A stretch of 64,000 bases of DNA from a virus (lineage: Duplodnaviria; Caudoviricetes), in the IMG/VR virus record IMGVR_UViG_3300028580_000125, positions 27,623 through 91,622 of that record; one strand, given 5' to 3'. The notes under the pieces were generated by a model that saw nothing but the letters and a program-made list of their open reading frames with translations, was not told the origin of the DNA and made no database searches. The translations under genes were made by a program, and so were the position numbers. Below are positions 9,873 through 18,332 of the stretch, in pieces (position 1 is the stretch's first letter; every line of letters begins with the position of its first letter).

Positions 9873-9882
9873 AGAAGGACAC

Positions 9883-10296
9883 ATGAGCGGTGAAAGCCTG
9901 GCAATGCTGGAAAAGATGGAAGACGTCAGCGCATATTCCAGAATCGCCATGCGACAGTTCCCACGCTACGAGAAGTTTCTTTTGGCCGCCGAGATCAGGA
10001 CGGCAATCTCTGAAATAAAGCGCCTGCTCATACGGGCTGCGAAACGTTATTACAAAAAAACCACCCTGGAAGACTTGGACATTGAGCTTGAACTGCTCCG
10101 CTCTCTCATACGAGAGGCAGTAAAGCTCAAATACATAGACGTGCACCGCTATGAGGTCTGGTCTTTGAAAATAAGCGAAGTCGGCAAAATGACCGGGGCA
10201 TGGATGAAGAAGGTGCGAAGCGCACAGGAATCCAGCGCGCGAACTGGTCAGAGAGGTGGTCGCACAACTTTCCCATTGAACCCGAACGACGGGTAA
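9883..10296 (+). CDS. avd: DGR accessory variability determinant Avd
   Basis: AAGGA SD; 137-aa basic helical protein with QFPRYEKFLLAAEIR, LEDLDIELELLRSLIR and EVGKMTGAW; immediately upstream of TR. Confidence 0.9.
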   Translation: MSGESLAMLEKMEDVSAYSRIAMRQFPRYEKFLLAAEIRTAISEIKRLLIRAAKRYYKKTTLEDLDIELELLRSLIREAVKLKYIDVHRYEVWSLKISEVGKMTGAWMKKVRSAQESSARTGQRGGRTTFPLNPNDG

Positions 10297-10585
10297 GTGG
10301 GATAAGGGCAGCGACCTACATCCGGCGGCAACTGGGACAATGGTTCAGCCGCAGGCCTGTTCTACTGCAACTTCAACAACGTTGCTTCCAACTCGAACAC
10401 GAACATCGGGTGCCGCCTCGCAAATATAGCCCACAAGCCAGAAGGCGAATGCCCAAGGGTATTCATCCAGTGCTTTATTTGGGGCCGCTGTCCTTCTCGG
10501 TAAGCCGGGAAAAGAACAAAACCGTGGCAGGCGGCAAGTAGCTGCTGCAAAAGCGGCCTGCCACACCCTCAAGGGGTATGAACGT
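10297..10585 (+). ncRNA. Putative DGR template RNA (TR plus structured 3' spacer)
   Basis: Intergenic avd-RT region containing TR and stem gtggcaggc (10524-10532) / gcctgccac (10556-10564); boundaries are inferred. Confidence 0.6.
10322..10424 (+). repeat. DGR template repeat (TR)
   Basis: Non-coding copy of VR, rich in AAC triplets, between avd and RT. Confidence 0.97.
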
Positions 10586-11635
10586 ATGCCAAAGACAATC
10601 AGGGACATCTGGCCGCGCATAACCTGCTTCGACAATCTCGTTGCTGCCTGGGAGGATGCACGGCGCGGAAAGAGGTTTCTTCCGTCTGTCCTCAAATTCA
10701 GCGGCAGCGTTGAAGAGAATCTACTCGATATTCAAGGCAGACTCCTCCATAGGACTTGGCGGCCTGGCCCATGGCGCGAGTTCATATCCAACGATCCAAA
10801 ACCACGCCTCATTCAAGCCCCGCAGTTTGGGGATCGCGTTGTGCACCATGCGCTCGTGCGGGTTATAGGCCCGGCATTTGAGCGCAGATTCATCAATGAT
10901 AGCTACGCTTGCCGCAAGGGGCTTGGTAATTTGTCGGCCAGTGACCGGCTTACTGATTTTCTCAGGGCTTCAACGTCTGAAACGAGAAAGTCTGGGCGTA
11001 AAATTTACGCTCTCAAGGCCGATGTGCGGAAGTATTTCCCGAACATTGACCACGACATCCTCCTTGGCGTTTTGAAGCGCACAGTGGGCGACGAGGGCGC
11101 GTTATGGCTCATAGAGAAAATTGTCAAAGACAATGGATTTGAGCAGCGCGGCCTACCTATCGGCGCACTGACAAGCCAACTTTTCGCAAACGCCTACCTG
11201 GACGTTCTGGATCACTACGTCAAGGACGAGCTCGGCGTTCGTTTCTACGTCAGGTATATGGATGATTTCATCATCTTGCATACCGACAAGCGCCACCTTC
11301 ACGATCTCCAAACACTTATCGGCTCTGTTCTTTGGGAGCGGTTAAAGCTTCAGTTCAACCCTAAGACGAGCATCTTCCCTGCGTCGCACGGAATTGACTT
11401 CGCCGGGTATCGCCACTGGGTATCGTACCGCCTCCCGCGAAAGCGAAATATCAAGCGGACTCGCAGAAAATTCAAAGAGATCAGGAAGCTTTATGCCGAA
11501 GGAAGGATGGACGTGGCGCAGGTAAGGTCAAGGGTCGCCTCTTTTGTTGGATACACAAAGCACTGCAAGGCTTCGAGAACCGTAAAGGGAGTTCTCGACG
11601 AATTAGTTTTGCAGCGCGGTGGAGGTGCAGAATGA
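10586..11635 (+). CDS. brt: DGR reverse transcriptase
   Basis: 349 aa; DRVVHHAL, LKADVRKYFPNIDH, GLPIGALTSQ (DGR-type IGxxxSQ), YVRYMDDF, GIDFAGY; no maturase or endonuclease extension. Confidence 0.95.
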   Translation: MPKTIRDIWPRITCFDNLVAAWEDARRGKRFLPSVLKFSGSVEENLLDIQGRLLHRTWRPGPWREFISNDPKPRLIQAPQFGDRVVHHALVRVIGPAFERRFINDSYACRKGLGNLSASDRLTDFLRASTSETRKSGRKIYALKADVRKYFPNIDHDILLGVLKRTVGDEGALWLIEKIVKDNGFEQRGLPIGALTSQLFANAYLDVLDHYVKDELGVRFYVRYMDDFIILHTDKRHLHDLQTLIGSVLWERLKLQFNPKTSIFPASHGIDFAGYRHWVSYRLPRKRNIKRTRRKFKEIRKLYAEGRMDVAQVRSRVASFVGYTKHCKASRTVKGVLDELVLQRGGGAE

Positions 11636-12033
11636 TTTTTTACGGGCTTCACTTTGTCGGTGACGACAAAGTTCCAGTTCAAGTGCGGATAAGCACCAGC
11701 AATCAGCAGATATGGGCGCGGTCAGCACCCAATGGCGAATGGACTGAATGGCGCAGGCTTGACGTAATACGAAATTTGGACGGCACCCTGGCAGAAGAAG
11801 TGACAGAGGCAACGCACGCAAAATCAGCTGACGCAGCGGGAAGGCTCAAGAACCAAGTGAAGATCACGTTCTCGGGTGATGTTTCTGGAAGCGTGAGCTT
11901 CGATGGATCTGCAAGCGTTGCGTGTGCATTGTCAATTGCAGGCCTTGGCTCATTGAGCAGTCGTATCTCAAGCCTTGAAGACAGAATCAACAACCTCGGA
12001 ACTGGCAGCAATACCAACTACGGATCAAGCTAA
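11632..12033 (+). CDS. Short tail-fibre-like protein
   Basis: GGAGG SD, ATGA overlap with RT stop; IWARS..NGEWTEW and ITFSGDVSGSVSFDGS fibre motifs. Confidence 0.6.
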   Translation: MIFYGLHFVGDDKVPVQVRISTSNQQIWARSAPNGEWTEWRRLDVIRNLDGTLAEEVTEATHAKSADAAGRLKNQVKITFSGDVSGSVSFDGSASVACALSIAGLGSLSSRISSLEDRINNLGTGSNTNYGSS

Positions 12034-13817
12034 TGGCCACTATCACAATACCAACGTTTGGCGGCGAGATACCCCGCACGGCCCCAAGGCTGCTTGAGGA
12101 CACACAGGCATCCGTTGCCGTTAACTGCCAATTGCAACGCGGAGCCCTTGAAGCCTTGCGTGGCCCGGTGGAGGTCGCAGGCTTGAGCGCCAGTTCTAAA
12201 ACAATCTTCAAGCATGCCCAGGACGGTTGGCTGTCATGGCCCGGCGCAGTCGATGTGGTCAAGTCTGCCGTAACGGACATCTCTGGTGAAACCCCTCTTG
12301 GTCATCTTTTTATAACCGGCGACAGGGCTTACCCGACGCAATACATGAGTGGTGGCAAGATACACCGCCTCGGCATTCCAAGGCCTGGCAAGGCGCCATC
12401 TGTGGCCGTAACCAAGGGCGCGGCAGATGCTACCGTCGCCTGTTATGCCTTTGGCGCAAACTCAGAATCCGAAATACCGCCACGTTACGGGTATGAAGAC
12501 ACCCTTTCGACCGTTCAAGAAGACAACGTGAGCGTGGCTGTTACGGCTGAAACAGTTGAGGACACAACATCGACGGATAGCGGCATAGCCCGTTCATCCG
12601 CTTACTGCTACACGATTGTCCAATCCCTTGCAGACGGGATTTTCCAGCAAGAATCTGCGCCGTCACCGGCGTCTGAAGTTGTTGATGTGCTTGATGGGGA
12701 CGGCGTGACCATCAGCGATTTTGAAATTCCAGAGCTTGAAGGTCTGGAAATTTCCCATATCCGCATTTACCGCACGGTATCCGGCACAACGACGAGCGAG
12801 TTTCATTTCCTAGTTGAGCTTCCACTGCCCGTCACATCCCATGTGGACACGGTAAATGACGTGGACATCTCCACTGACGTTATGGCCACAACGACATGGG
12901 ACGCGATACCCGATGACGCGCGCGGCCTTATCAAGACTGACAACGGCATCTACGCGGCATTTCGCGGGAATGAGCTTCTTATTTCTGAACCGTTCTATGG
13001 CTATGTCTTCCCAGAGAGCTACCGCCTGACAACCGAGGACCCCATTGTGGCCCTTGGGCATGTCGATGGCACGATTGTCGTGCTGACCACCGGGCGGCCC
13101 TACCTGGCAACAGGCTCAGAACCTGAAAGCCTGCAATTCACTCACCTTCCCATTGAACAAAGTTGTGTGTCAGCGGGAAGCGTCGGCAGCCTGCCTGGCG
13201 GCGTTGTGTATGCAAGCCCTGATGGCCTCATGCTGTTCACCAGCAGCGACCAGAGCCTTCTTACTGCTCAGACCTTCACCCGCGACCAATGGCAAGCAAT
13301 GCACCCTGAGAACCTTATGGGAACTGTGCATGACGGGCGGTATGTCGCTTTCTTTTCTGGGACGAATACGGGGATGCTTATCAGCGTCGGCGCAAAGGAT
13401 TTGGTGCGCGTTGAACTCCCAGAAGATTGGAAGGTCCGCGCCGTTTACCACCATTCAGAGGACGATGCCGTTTACCTGGCCGTGGACACCAAAGAAGGGA
13501 GCCAAATCTACCAGCTAGAGGCTGGCGCGCCCATGACATACACATGGCGCTCAAAGCCCTTCTTCACTTCCTCGCTCCTGTGCATGTCCGTTATCCGTAT
13601 TGAAGGTGATTTTTCAGCCGACGCTTCTGTTCGGGCATCCTTGTTTGGCCCAAATGAAAATAGGCCTCGTGCGCGCATGAAGGTTTCTGACAGCAGGGCG
13701 AAACGCCTTCCAACTGGCCGTGCTGAAAAAGTATGGAGCCTAGAGCTCACTGGGACTGCAACCGCCTATGAAGTTCGGATGGGCGGGAGTGTTGAGGGGG
13801 TTGAATATGGCAACTGA
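12033..13817 (+). CDS. Tail tubular/nozzle (stabilisation) protein
   Basis: FGGEIPRTAPRLL N-terminus, IRIYRT, VYASPDGL, YTWRSKPF motifs of podophage tail nozzle-like proteins. Confidence 0.7.
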   Translation: MATITIPTFGGEIPRTAPRLLEDTQASVAVNCQLQRGALEALRGPVEVAGLSASSKTIFKHAQDGWLSWPGAVDVVKSAVTDISGETPLGHLFITGDRAYPTQYMSGGKIHRLGIPRPGKAPSVAVTKGAADATVACYAFGANSESEIPPRYGYEDTLSTVQEDNVSVAVTAETVEDTTSTDSGIARSSAYCYTIVQSLADGIFQQESAPSPASEVVDVLDGDGVTISDFEIPELEGLEISHIRIYRTVSGTTTSEFHFLVELPLPVTSHVDTVNDVDISTDVMATTTWDAIPDDARGLIKTDNGIYAAFRGNELLISEPFYGYVFPESYRLTTEDPIVALGHVDGTIVVLTTGRPYLATGSEPESLQFTHLPIEQSCVSAGSVGSLPGGVVYASPDGLMLFTSSDQSLLTAQTFTRDQWQAMHPENLMGTVHDGRYVAFFSGTNTGMLISVGAKDLVRVELPEDWKVRAVYHHSEDDAVYLAVDTKEGSQIYQLEAGAPMTYTWRSKPFFTSSLLCMSVIRIEGDFSADASVRASLFGPNENRPRARMKVSDSRAKRLPTGRAEKVWSLELTGTATAYEVRMGGSVEGVEYGN

Positions 13818-14424
13818 TCGCGGAATCCCAGCTGTGCCTCGCGGGCTTGACCGCACCCTTACAAACTATCTGCAATCGCTGCAAAGCATTGTCTTGCGCC
13901 TATCAGGCATGGTGCGCGGGTCAGACGAATCTCGAGCGGTGCGCGTTTCAGATGGCTCGGTATCAACCGGCACTGCAACCGCGAGCATTGGTCAGGGATC
14001 GATCCTTACCCAGCATATAGCGGATAATGCCATTACATCGGCAAAGATTACGGACGGCGCAGTCACAGACACAAAGCTTTCCGCAAGTTCCGTAACGGGC
14101 AGAGCCATTGCCGCAGGCGCTGTGGAAACCATGGCCCTGGCCGGGATGTGCGTTACCGCAGAAAAGATTGCCGATGGCGTACTGCCGACGGTGGTTGATG
14201 GGGAAGCCGTTGACGGAGAGGAAGTGCTGATACCTGGTAAATGGCTTTCAAAGCCATGGATAATGCTTTCTTCCGTAAGCCAGCCCCAGGCAACGACAGG
14301 GGCATTCGGGGCAACTGGGCTCCAAGAAATTTTGGATATGGATGGAAAGGGAACAGGCGAATGGAAATTCACAGCCGCGGGCAGTTTTGCTTGGCTGGCA
14401 CTGGGGAATGCGAATGAGCAATAA
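13807..14424 (+). CDS. Virion structural protein with 10-residue (V/I)TxxKIxxxA repeats
   Basis: IADNAITSAKITDGAVTDTKLSASSVT...VTAEKIADG; overlaps the upstream stop. Confidence 0.55.
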   Translation: MATDRGIPAVPRGLDRTLTNYLQSLQSIVLRLSGMVRGSDESRAVRVSDGSVSTGTATASIGQGSILTQHIADNAITSAKITDGAVTDTKLSASSVTGRAIAAGAVETMALAGMCVTAEKIADGVLPTVVDGEAVDGEEVLIPGKWLSKPWIMLSSVSQPQATTGAFGATGLQEILDMDGKGTGEWKFTAAGSFAWLALGNANEQ

Positions 14425-14962
14425 CGACGTGTGCAAAGATTTCTTCATGCAATACCTGAACTATCTCGACAGTAACAGTGAGCTTGTAGTTCGTTGCGTT
14501 TACATGCGGATGGAAGACGAAAACCTGCTCAAATCAACACTTTACGGGATGCACAATAGGAACGTTGATGCGTTTGTAGCCCTCGTTCTCAGGAATGGCA
14601 CCCTCCCTTATCTGCTTATGGATGGAGATCGCCTCATTGGCTTCGCTTGGTACGACGCCTTCGCAGCAAAATCGTGCATCGGGCATGTTGTGTTTTTCAA
14701 AGAAGCTTGGGGCAATGCACGCCAATTCGGAAAGCAAGTTTACAGGCAGCTTCTTTCATACAGCGATGGGATGGGTCACCTGTTTGACTGCGTGATGGGC
14801 CTGACGCCCATAAACAACCCACTCGCATGGCGCGGCGCGGTTGCTTGTGGGGCTTCAAAAATTGGCGTGATCCCAAAGGCGTTGTTCGACGCTGAAAGCG
14901 GTGAAAGCATTGACGCTGTGCTCACCGTTGCCACGCGAGAAATCATTGGCGCAGAGGCATAA
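14414..14962 (+). CDS. GNAT-fold-like phage protein (tail/ejection assembly)
   Basis: LIGFAW...GHVVFF..AWG and GLTPINN.LA...G..KIG.IP pattern; lies between tail and ejection genes. Confidence 0.5.
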   Translation: MSNNDVCKDFFMQYLNYLDSNSELVVRCVYMRMEDENLLKSTLYGMHNRNVDAFVALVLRNGTLPYLLMDGDRLIGFAWYDAFAAKSCIGHVVFFKEAWGNARQFGKQVYRQLLSYSDGMGHLFDCVMGLTPINNPLAWRGAVACGASKIGVIPKALFDAESGESIDAVLTVATREIIGAEA

Positions 14963-14965
14963 TTC

Positions 14966-15631
14966 ATGAAGATATACACCAGAGTAGAAATCAACATGGA
15001 AACCATGGCCGTCACGCACGAAGAGTTCATCGAGTATGACGGATGGGTTTCACAGTGCGGCGGCGGTAGCGGTGGCGGCAGTTCCACCACAAACACTGTG
15101 GACTATGCGTATAACTCACGCATGGCCGCCCTTTCAGAAGAGCAGCAAACCTGGGCGCGCGATTATTACAATATGTGGTCTACATACACCAAGCCGTATG
15201 AGATCGCGCAGGCGCAGGCAAACCTTGAAACCTTGCCCCTGGAAACGAATCTCTACAAGCAGGCTCTTACTTCTGCCACGCAACTGCTGCCGCAGCAGAC
15301 GGCAGCCGCCCAGAAGTTTTTGACGGCATCCACAACCGGCGTTGATGTCAATGAGCGCATGGCGCTGGCAACTGCGGATGCGGCCAACGCATGGAAGGAC
15401 ACCAAGGCAGCCAGCAACAGGGCGCAGGCAAGGCTTGGGGTAAATCCCAATTCCGGCAGGTACCAGGGCATTGCTGCTGCACAGCAAACCACGCAGGCCG
15501 CACAGCTTGCTGGTGCGCGGACGCAAGCCAGGGTTGGCGCGGAACAGGAAAACTATGACCGGCTGAAAAGCGCTGCGTCGTACAATGCCACTGGCGGCGT
15601 GTTGCAGGGCATCAATCTGCTGAAAAGCTAA
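14966..15631 (+). CDS. Putative internal virion / DNA ejection protein
   Basis: MKIYT...EYDG.V..CGGG leader, RLGVNPNSGRY motif, Ala/Gln-rich helices. Confidence 0.6.
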   Translation: MKIYTRVEINMETMAVTHEEFIEYDGWVSQCGGGSGGGSSTTNTVDYAYNSRMAALSEEQQTWARDYYNMWSTYTKPYEIAQAQANLETLPLETNLYKQALTSATQLLPQQTAAAQKFLTASTTGVDVNERMALATADAANAWKDTKAASNRAQARLGVNPNSGRYQGIAAAQQTTQAAQLAGARTQARVGAEQENYDRLKSAASYNATGGVLQGINLLKS

Positions 15632-15647
15632 TCCGTGAGGTGCAATT

Positions 15648-16613
15648 ATGCCTTTATATAGACCAGAAAATCCTTATTCGATGGGCCAAAAGGCCATGGG
15701 CCAAGCGAGCAGCACCATGGCATCGCAAACGAAGGAAGGGCCCCGCACTGAAGTCGAGGCATCCTCTCCGTCAGCCGGACAGATGGGCATGACAGGCCTA
15801 TCTTTGCTTGGTGCCGGTGAGCAGGCATGGAAGTACGGCAGCAAGGGATATGATTTTTTGCAATCAAAATGGGGTACCCCCGATGCGGCTTCACAGGCCG
15901 CAAACGCTGGGTCTGGCGCTGCTCCTGCTGGGGGTGCTGTTCAAGCTCAACAAGCCGCGGATGCTGTCGCTCCCAGCGTACAGCTTCAGACAGGGGCGCA
16001 TGCAGCGGCCACGGACGCAACATCGGCAGCAACTGGGGCAACAGCACAGGAAGGCATTACGGCAGGATCACAGCAGGCAATGCAGGGCATTGCTGGTACG
16101 CCTGCTGCTGGCACTACCGCCACAGAAGGCGGGGCATCATCTGGCGCATCTGCCGCATCAAGCAGCGCGGCGTACCCCTGGGCTTCTACCGCTGGCTCTC
16201 TCGCTGGCGGTGTTGGTGGTGGACTCGCGGGGCGCGAGCTTGGTAAGGCCATCGGCGGCGACACTGGCGGGAAGATTGGCGGCATTGCTGGCAGTCTCGG
16301 CGGCAGCTATCTCGGCGGTCTAGCTGGGTCTGCGGTAAGCAGCGGCCTCGGCGCGTCTGCAGGAACAGTGGCGGGAACAGCCGCAACCGCAGCTGCAACA
16401 TCCGCAGCTACCACGGCGGCCACCACAGCAGCCGGTGCAGGGGCTGGCGTTGCCGCAGGTGCTGCTGGTGGTGCCGCAGCAGGGACAGCAGCGGGCGCTG
16501 GTGCCGGGGCGGCTGGCGGCGCTGCTGCTGGCGCAACGGCTGGTTCGGTGGTTCCAGGCGTCGGAACGCTTATTGGCGCTGGCGTCGGCGTCCTTGCGTC
16601 TTTTTTCCTCTAG
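15648..16613 (+). CDS. Gly/Ala-rich putative ejection (membrane-penetrating) protein
   Basis: GAGG SD; glycine-zipper segments and hydrophobic C-terminus (VPGVGTLIGAGVGVLASFFL). Confidence 0.6.
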   Translation: MPLYRPENPYSMGQKAMGQASSTMASQTKEGPRTEVEASSPSAGQMGMTGLSLLGAGEQAWKYGSKGYDFLQSKWGTPDAASQAANAGSGAAPAGGAVQAQQAADAVAPSVQLQTGAHAAATDATSAATGATAQEGITAGSQQAMQGIAGTPAAGTTATEGGASSGASAASSSAAYPWASTAGSLAGGVGGGLAGRELGKAIGGDTGGKIGGIAGSLGGSYLGGLAGSAVSSGLGASAGTVAGTAATAAATSAATTAATTAAGAGAGVAAGAAGGAAAGTAAGAGAGAAGGAAAGATAGSVVPGVGTLIGAGVGVLASFFL

Positions 16614-16622
16614 GAGATTGTC

Positions 16623-18308
16623 ATGCCTCTTTATAAGCCAAGCAACACTGCTGAATTGGCCCAATCTGCCATGAATGGCGCGACGCAGGCCGCAGCTGCG
16701 CAGACAAAGCAAACTGGAACTAAAACCGAAAAAGAAAGCAACTTCTGGGACGATCTCAACAAGGGAGCCGCAGCCGTTGCCTATGTTGGGCGTGGCCTTG
16801 ACGGCCTCACAAAGGCCGCCGACGGCGCATGGAATATGTATGACAAGTACAAGCTCCGCGACGCCTACGATAACGTTGACAAGGCCTACAGCGAAGGTGG
16901 CATAGACGCCATTCAGAATAACCCTGACATGCAGGATTATTGGCATTCAAAGGCATTCGGACAGTTCATGCTAGACCGGGCCAGTAACGAAAAGGGTCGC
17001 CTGGAAATGATGCAGAACATGGATGCCGCTGCTGATAAGATGTATCAGGACTGGCGCATACAGGCCATGGGAGTTCGTCAGGCGTACACATCTGGCGACA
17101 CGCAAAAATTCATGCCGATGATGCAGCAGCTTTCAACCAACTCTCCCCTGCCCTACAAGCTTGAGCCGACAAATGACGGCAATTTCAAGGTTCTGTTCCG
17201 CTCCGATGAAAAAGGTGGATGGGCAGATACCGGCAGGACGATGACGCAGCAAGAAGCCATGGGCGAGGTCGACAATGTGCTACGCGGCGAGCAGTCAATG
17301 CTCCGTGGCGTAGACGGCAAAACCGTGCCCGTTAACCTCGCCTTCAACAAGGCGGCCGTAAGGTCGTATTGGTTGACGCAAATAGGGAACGCAGAAAACA
17401 GGACTGACCCAAAGCGACAGATCCCACTCTACAACTCTGAAGGAAAGCCAACCGGCATCGGCATTGTCCAGAATCCCCTCGATGACTACAGCGTAGGGCC
17501 AAAGCTCCTTGTGTATGGGAATGGTGGTCGGCAGATCGGAACATTTGACGGGTATGATGGGGCAATGAAGGCTGGATATATCCCCTTTGCGCCCCCAAAG
17601 GGTAAGGGTGGTGCAAAAGGCGGGGCCGCTGGGGAAGGCGGTGGTTATTCTCTGACGCAGGGCGATATTGGTGCCCTTCAAAAATATGCCACCTCTGAAA
17701 ACGAGATGGGTGAAAAGTCTGTTGATTATGAAAAAGCTGCGTTCCTAGAACAATTTGTGAGAACAACTGGCCTATCTCCGCTGCAGGCCATTGCCGCGTA
17801 TGATGGAAATATCAAGCGTGCAATGGAGATGGGGGCAAGTCGTGGACAAGCAGAAAGGGCTACTATGTCTCTCCTTGCCCAGCGTATTTCTGGCGGGCAA
17901 CGGGGGCAATCTCCGCAACATGGTCAATCAGAGCAATCTCCGCAGCAGTCACCTTCGCAGCAACAACAGAACCCCAAGGTTCGAGGAAGAATACAGGGTA
18001 TACTTGGCCTTGCACCGCAAGAAGATCAGCAAGGTGGGGCAAGCGGTGGTTATGGCGGCGCGCCTGCAACGCTTAGCGGAAATTACCGCGACAATCTAGA
18101 ACGCCAGGCAACTACTCGACAGGCACTCGCAGAAAGCGGCGATTACCCAACGGAAATTGTTGGGCTGCCGGGGCTGGGCATTAACAGCGGCGCTCTTGTT
18201 GAGGGCGACAATGTTCGCGGCCAAGGCATGCTGAGTGGCATTGGCCTCAGGCCGTCACCGTTTGGGCAGACAGAAAGTCAAAAATGGCGGCAGCATTTCA
18301 ACAGGTAA
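16623..18308 (+). CDS. Putative internal virion / ejection protein
   Basis: AGGAG SD; 561 aa; between ejection genes; N-terminus resembles the preceding gene. Confidence 0.55.
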   Translation: MPLYKPSNTAELAQSAMNGATQAAAAQTKQTGTKTEKESNFWDDLNKGAAAVAYVGRGLDGLTKAADGAWNMYDKYKLRDAYDNVDKAYSEGGIDAIQNNPDMQDYWHSKAFGQFMLDRASNEKGRLEMMQNMDAAADKMYQDWRIQAMGVRQAYTSGDTQKFMPMMQQLSTNSPLPYKLEPTNDGNFKVLFRSDEKGGWADTGRTMTQQEAMGEVDNVLRGEQSMLRGVDGKTVPVNLAFNKAAVRSYWLTQIGNAENRTDPKRQIPLYNSEGKPTGIGIVQNPLDDYSVGPKLLVYGNGGRQIGTFDGYDGAMKAGYIPFAPPKGKGGAKGGAAGEGGGYSLTQGDIGALQKYATSENEMGEKSVDYEKAAFLEQFVRTTGLSPLQAIAAYDGNIKRAMEMGASRGQAERATMSLLAQRISGGQRGQSPQHGQSEQSPQQSPSQQQQNPKVRGRIQGILGLAPQEDQQGGASGGYGGAPATLSGNYRDNLERQATTRQALAESGDYPTEIVGLPGLGINSGALVEGDNVRGQGMLSGIGLRPSPFGQTESQKWRQHFNR

Positions 18309-18332
18309 TCGAATTTCAAAGGAGATATCGAC

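Noticed and set aside
10200-10541. ORFs across TR as protein-coding genes
   Set aside because: The VR-equivalent frame has a stop at 10303 and no start before TR; the 113-aa ORF overlaps avd and looks like off-frame sequence.
10586-11635. RT as a group II intron, retron or Abi RT
   Set aside because: It is short, has no maturase or endonuclease domain, carries IGxxxSQ, and is flanked by avd and a TR/VR pair.
11985-12033. Second VR at the end of ORF 11632-12033 (SNTNYG resembles TR-encoded SNTNIG)
   Set aside because: Nucleotide similarity to TR is negligible, differences are not adenine-restricted, and no hairpin follows. No other VR was seen in the window by eye.
16180-16600. Tandem DNA repeat in the Gly/Ala-rich gene
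   Set aside because: The repetition is at the amino-acid level with varied codons, not a discrete DNA repeat array.
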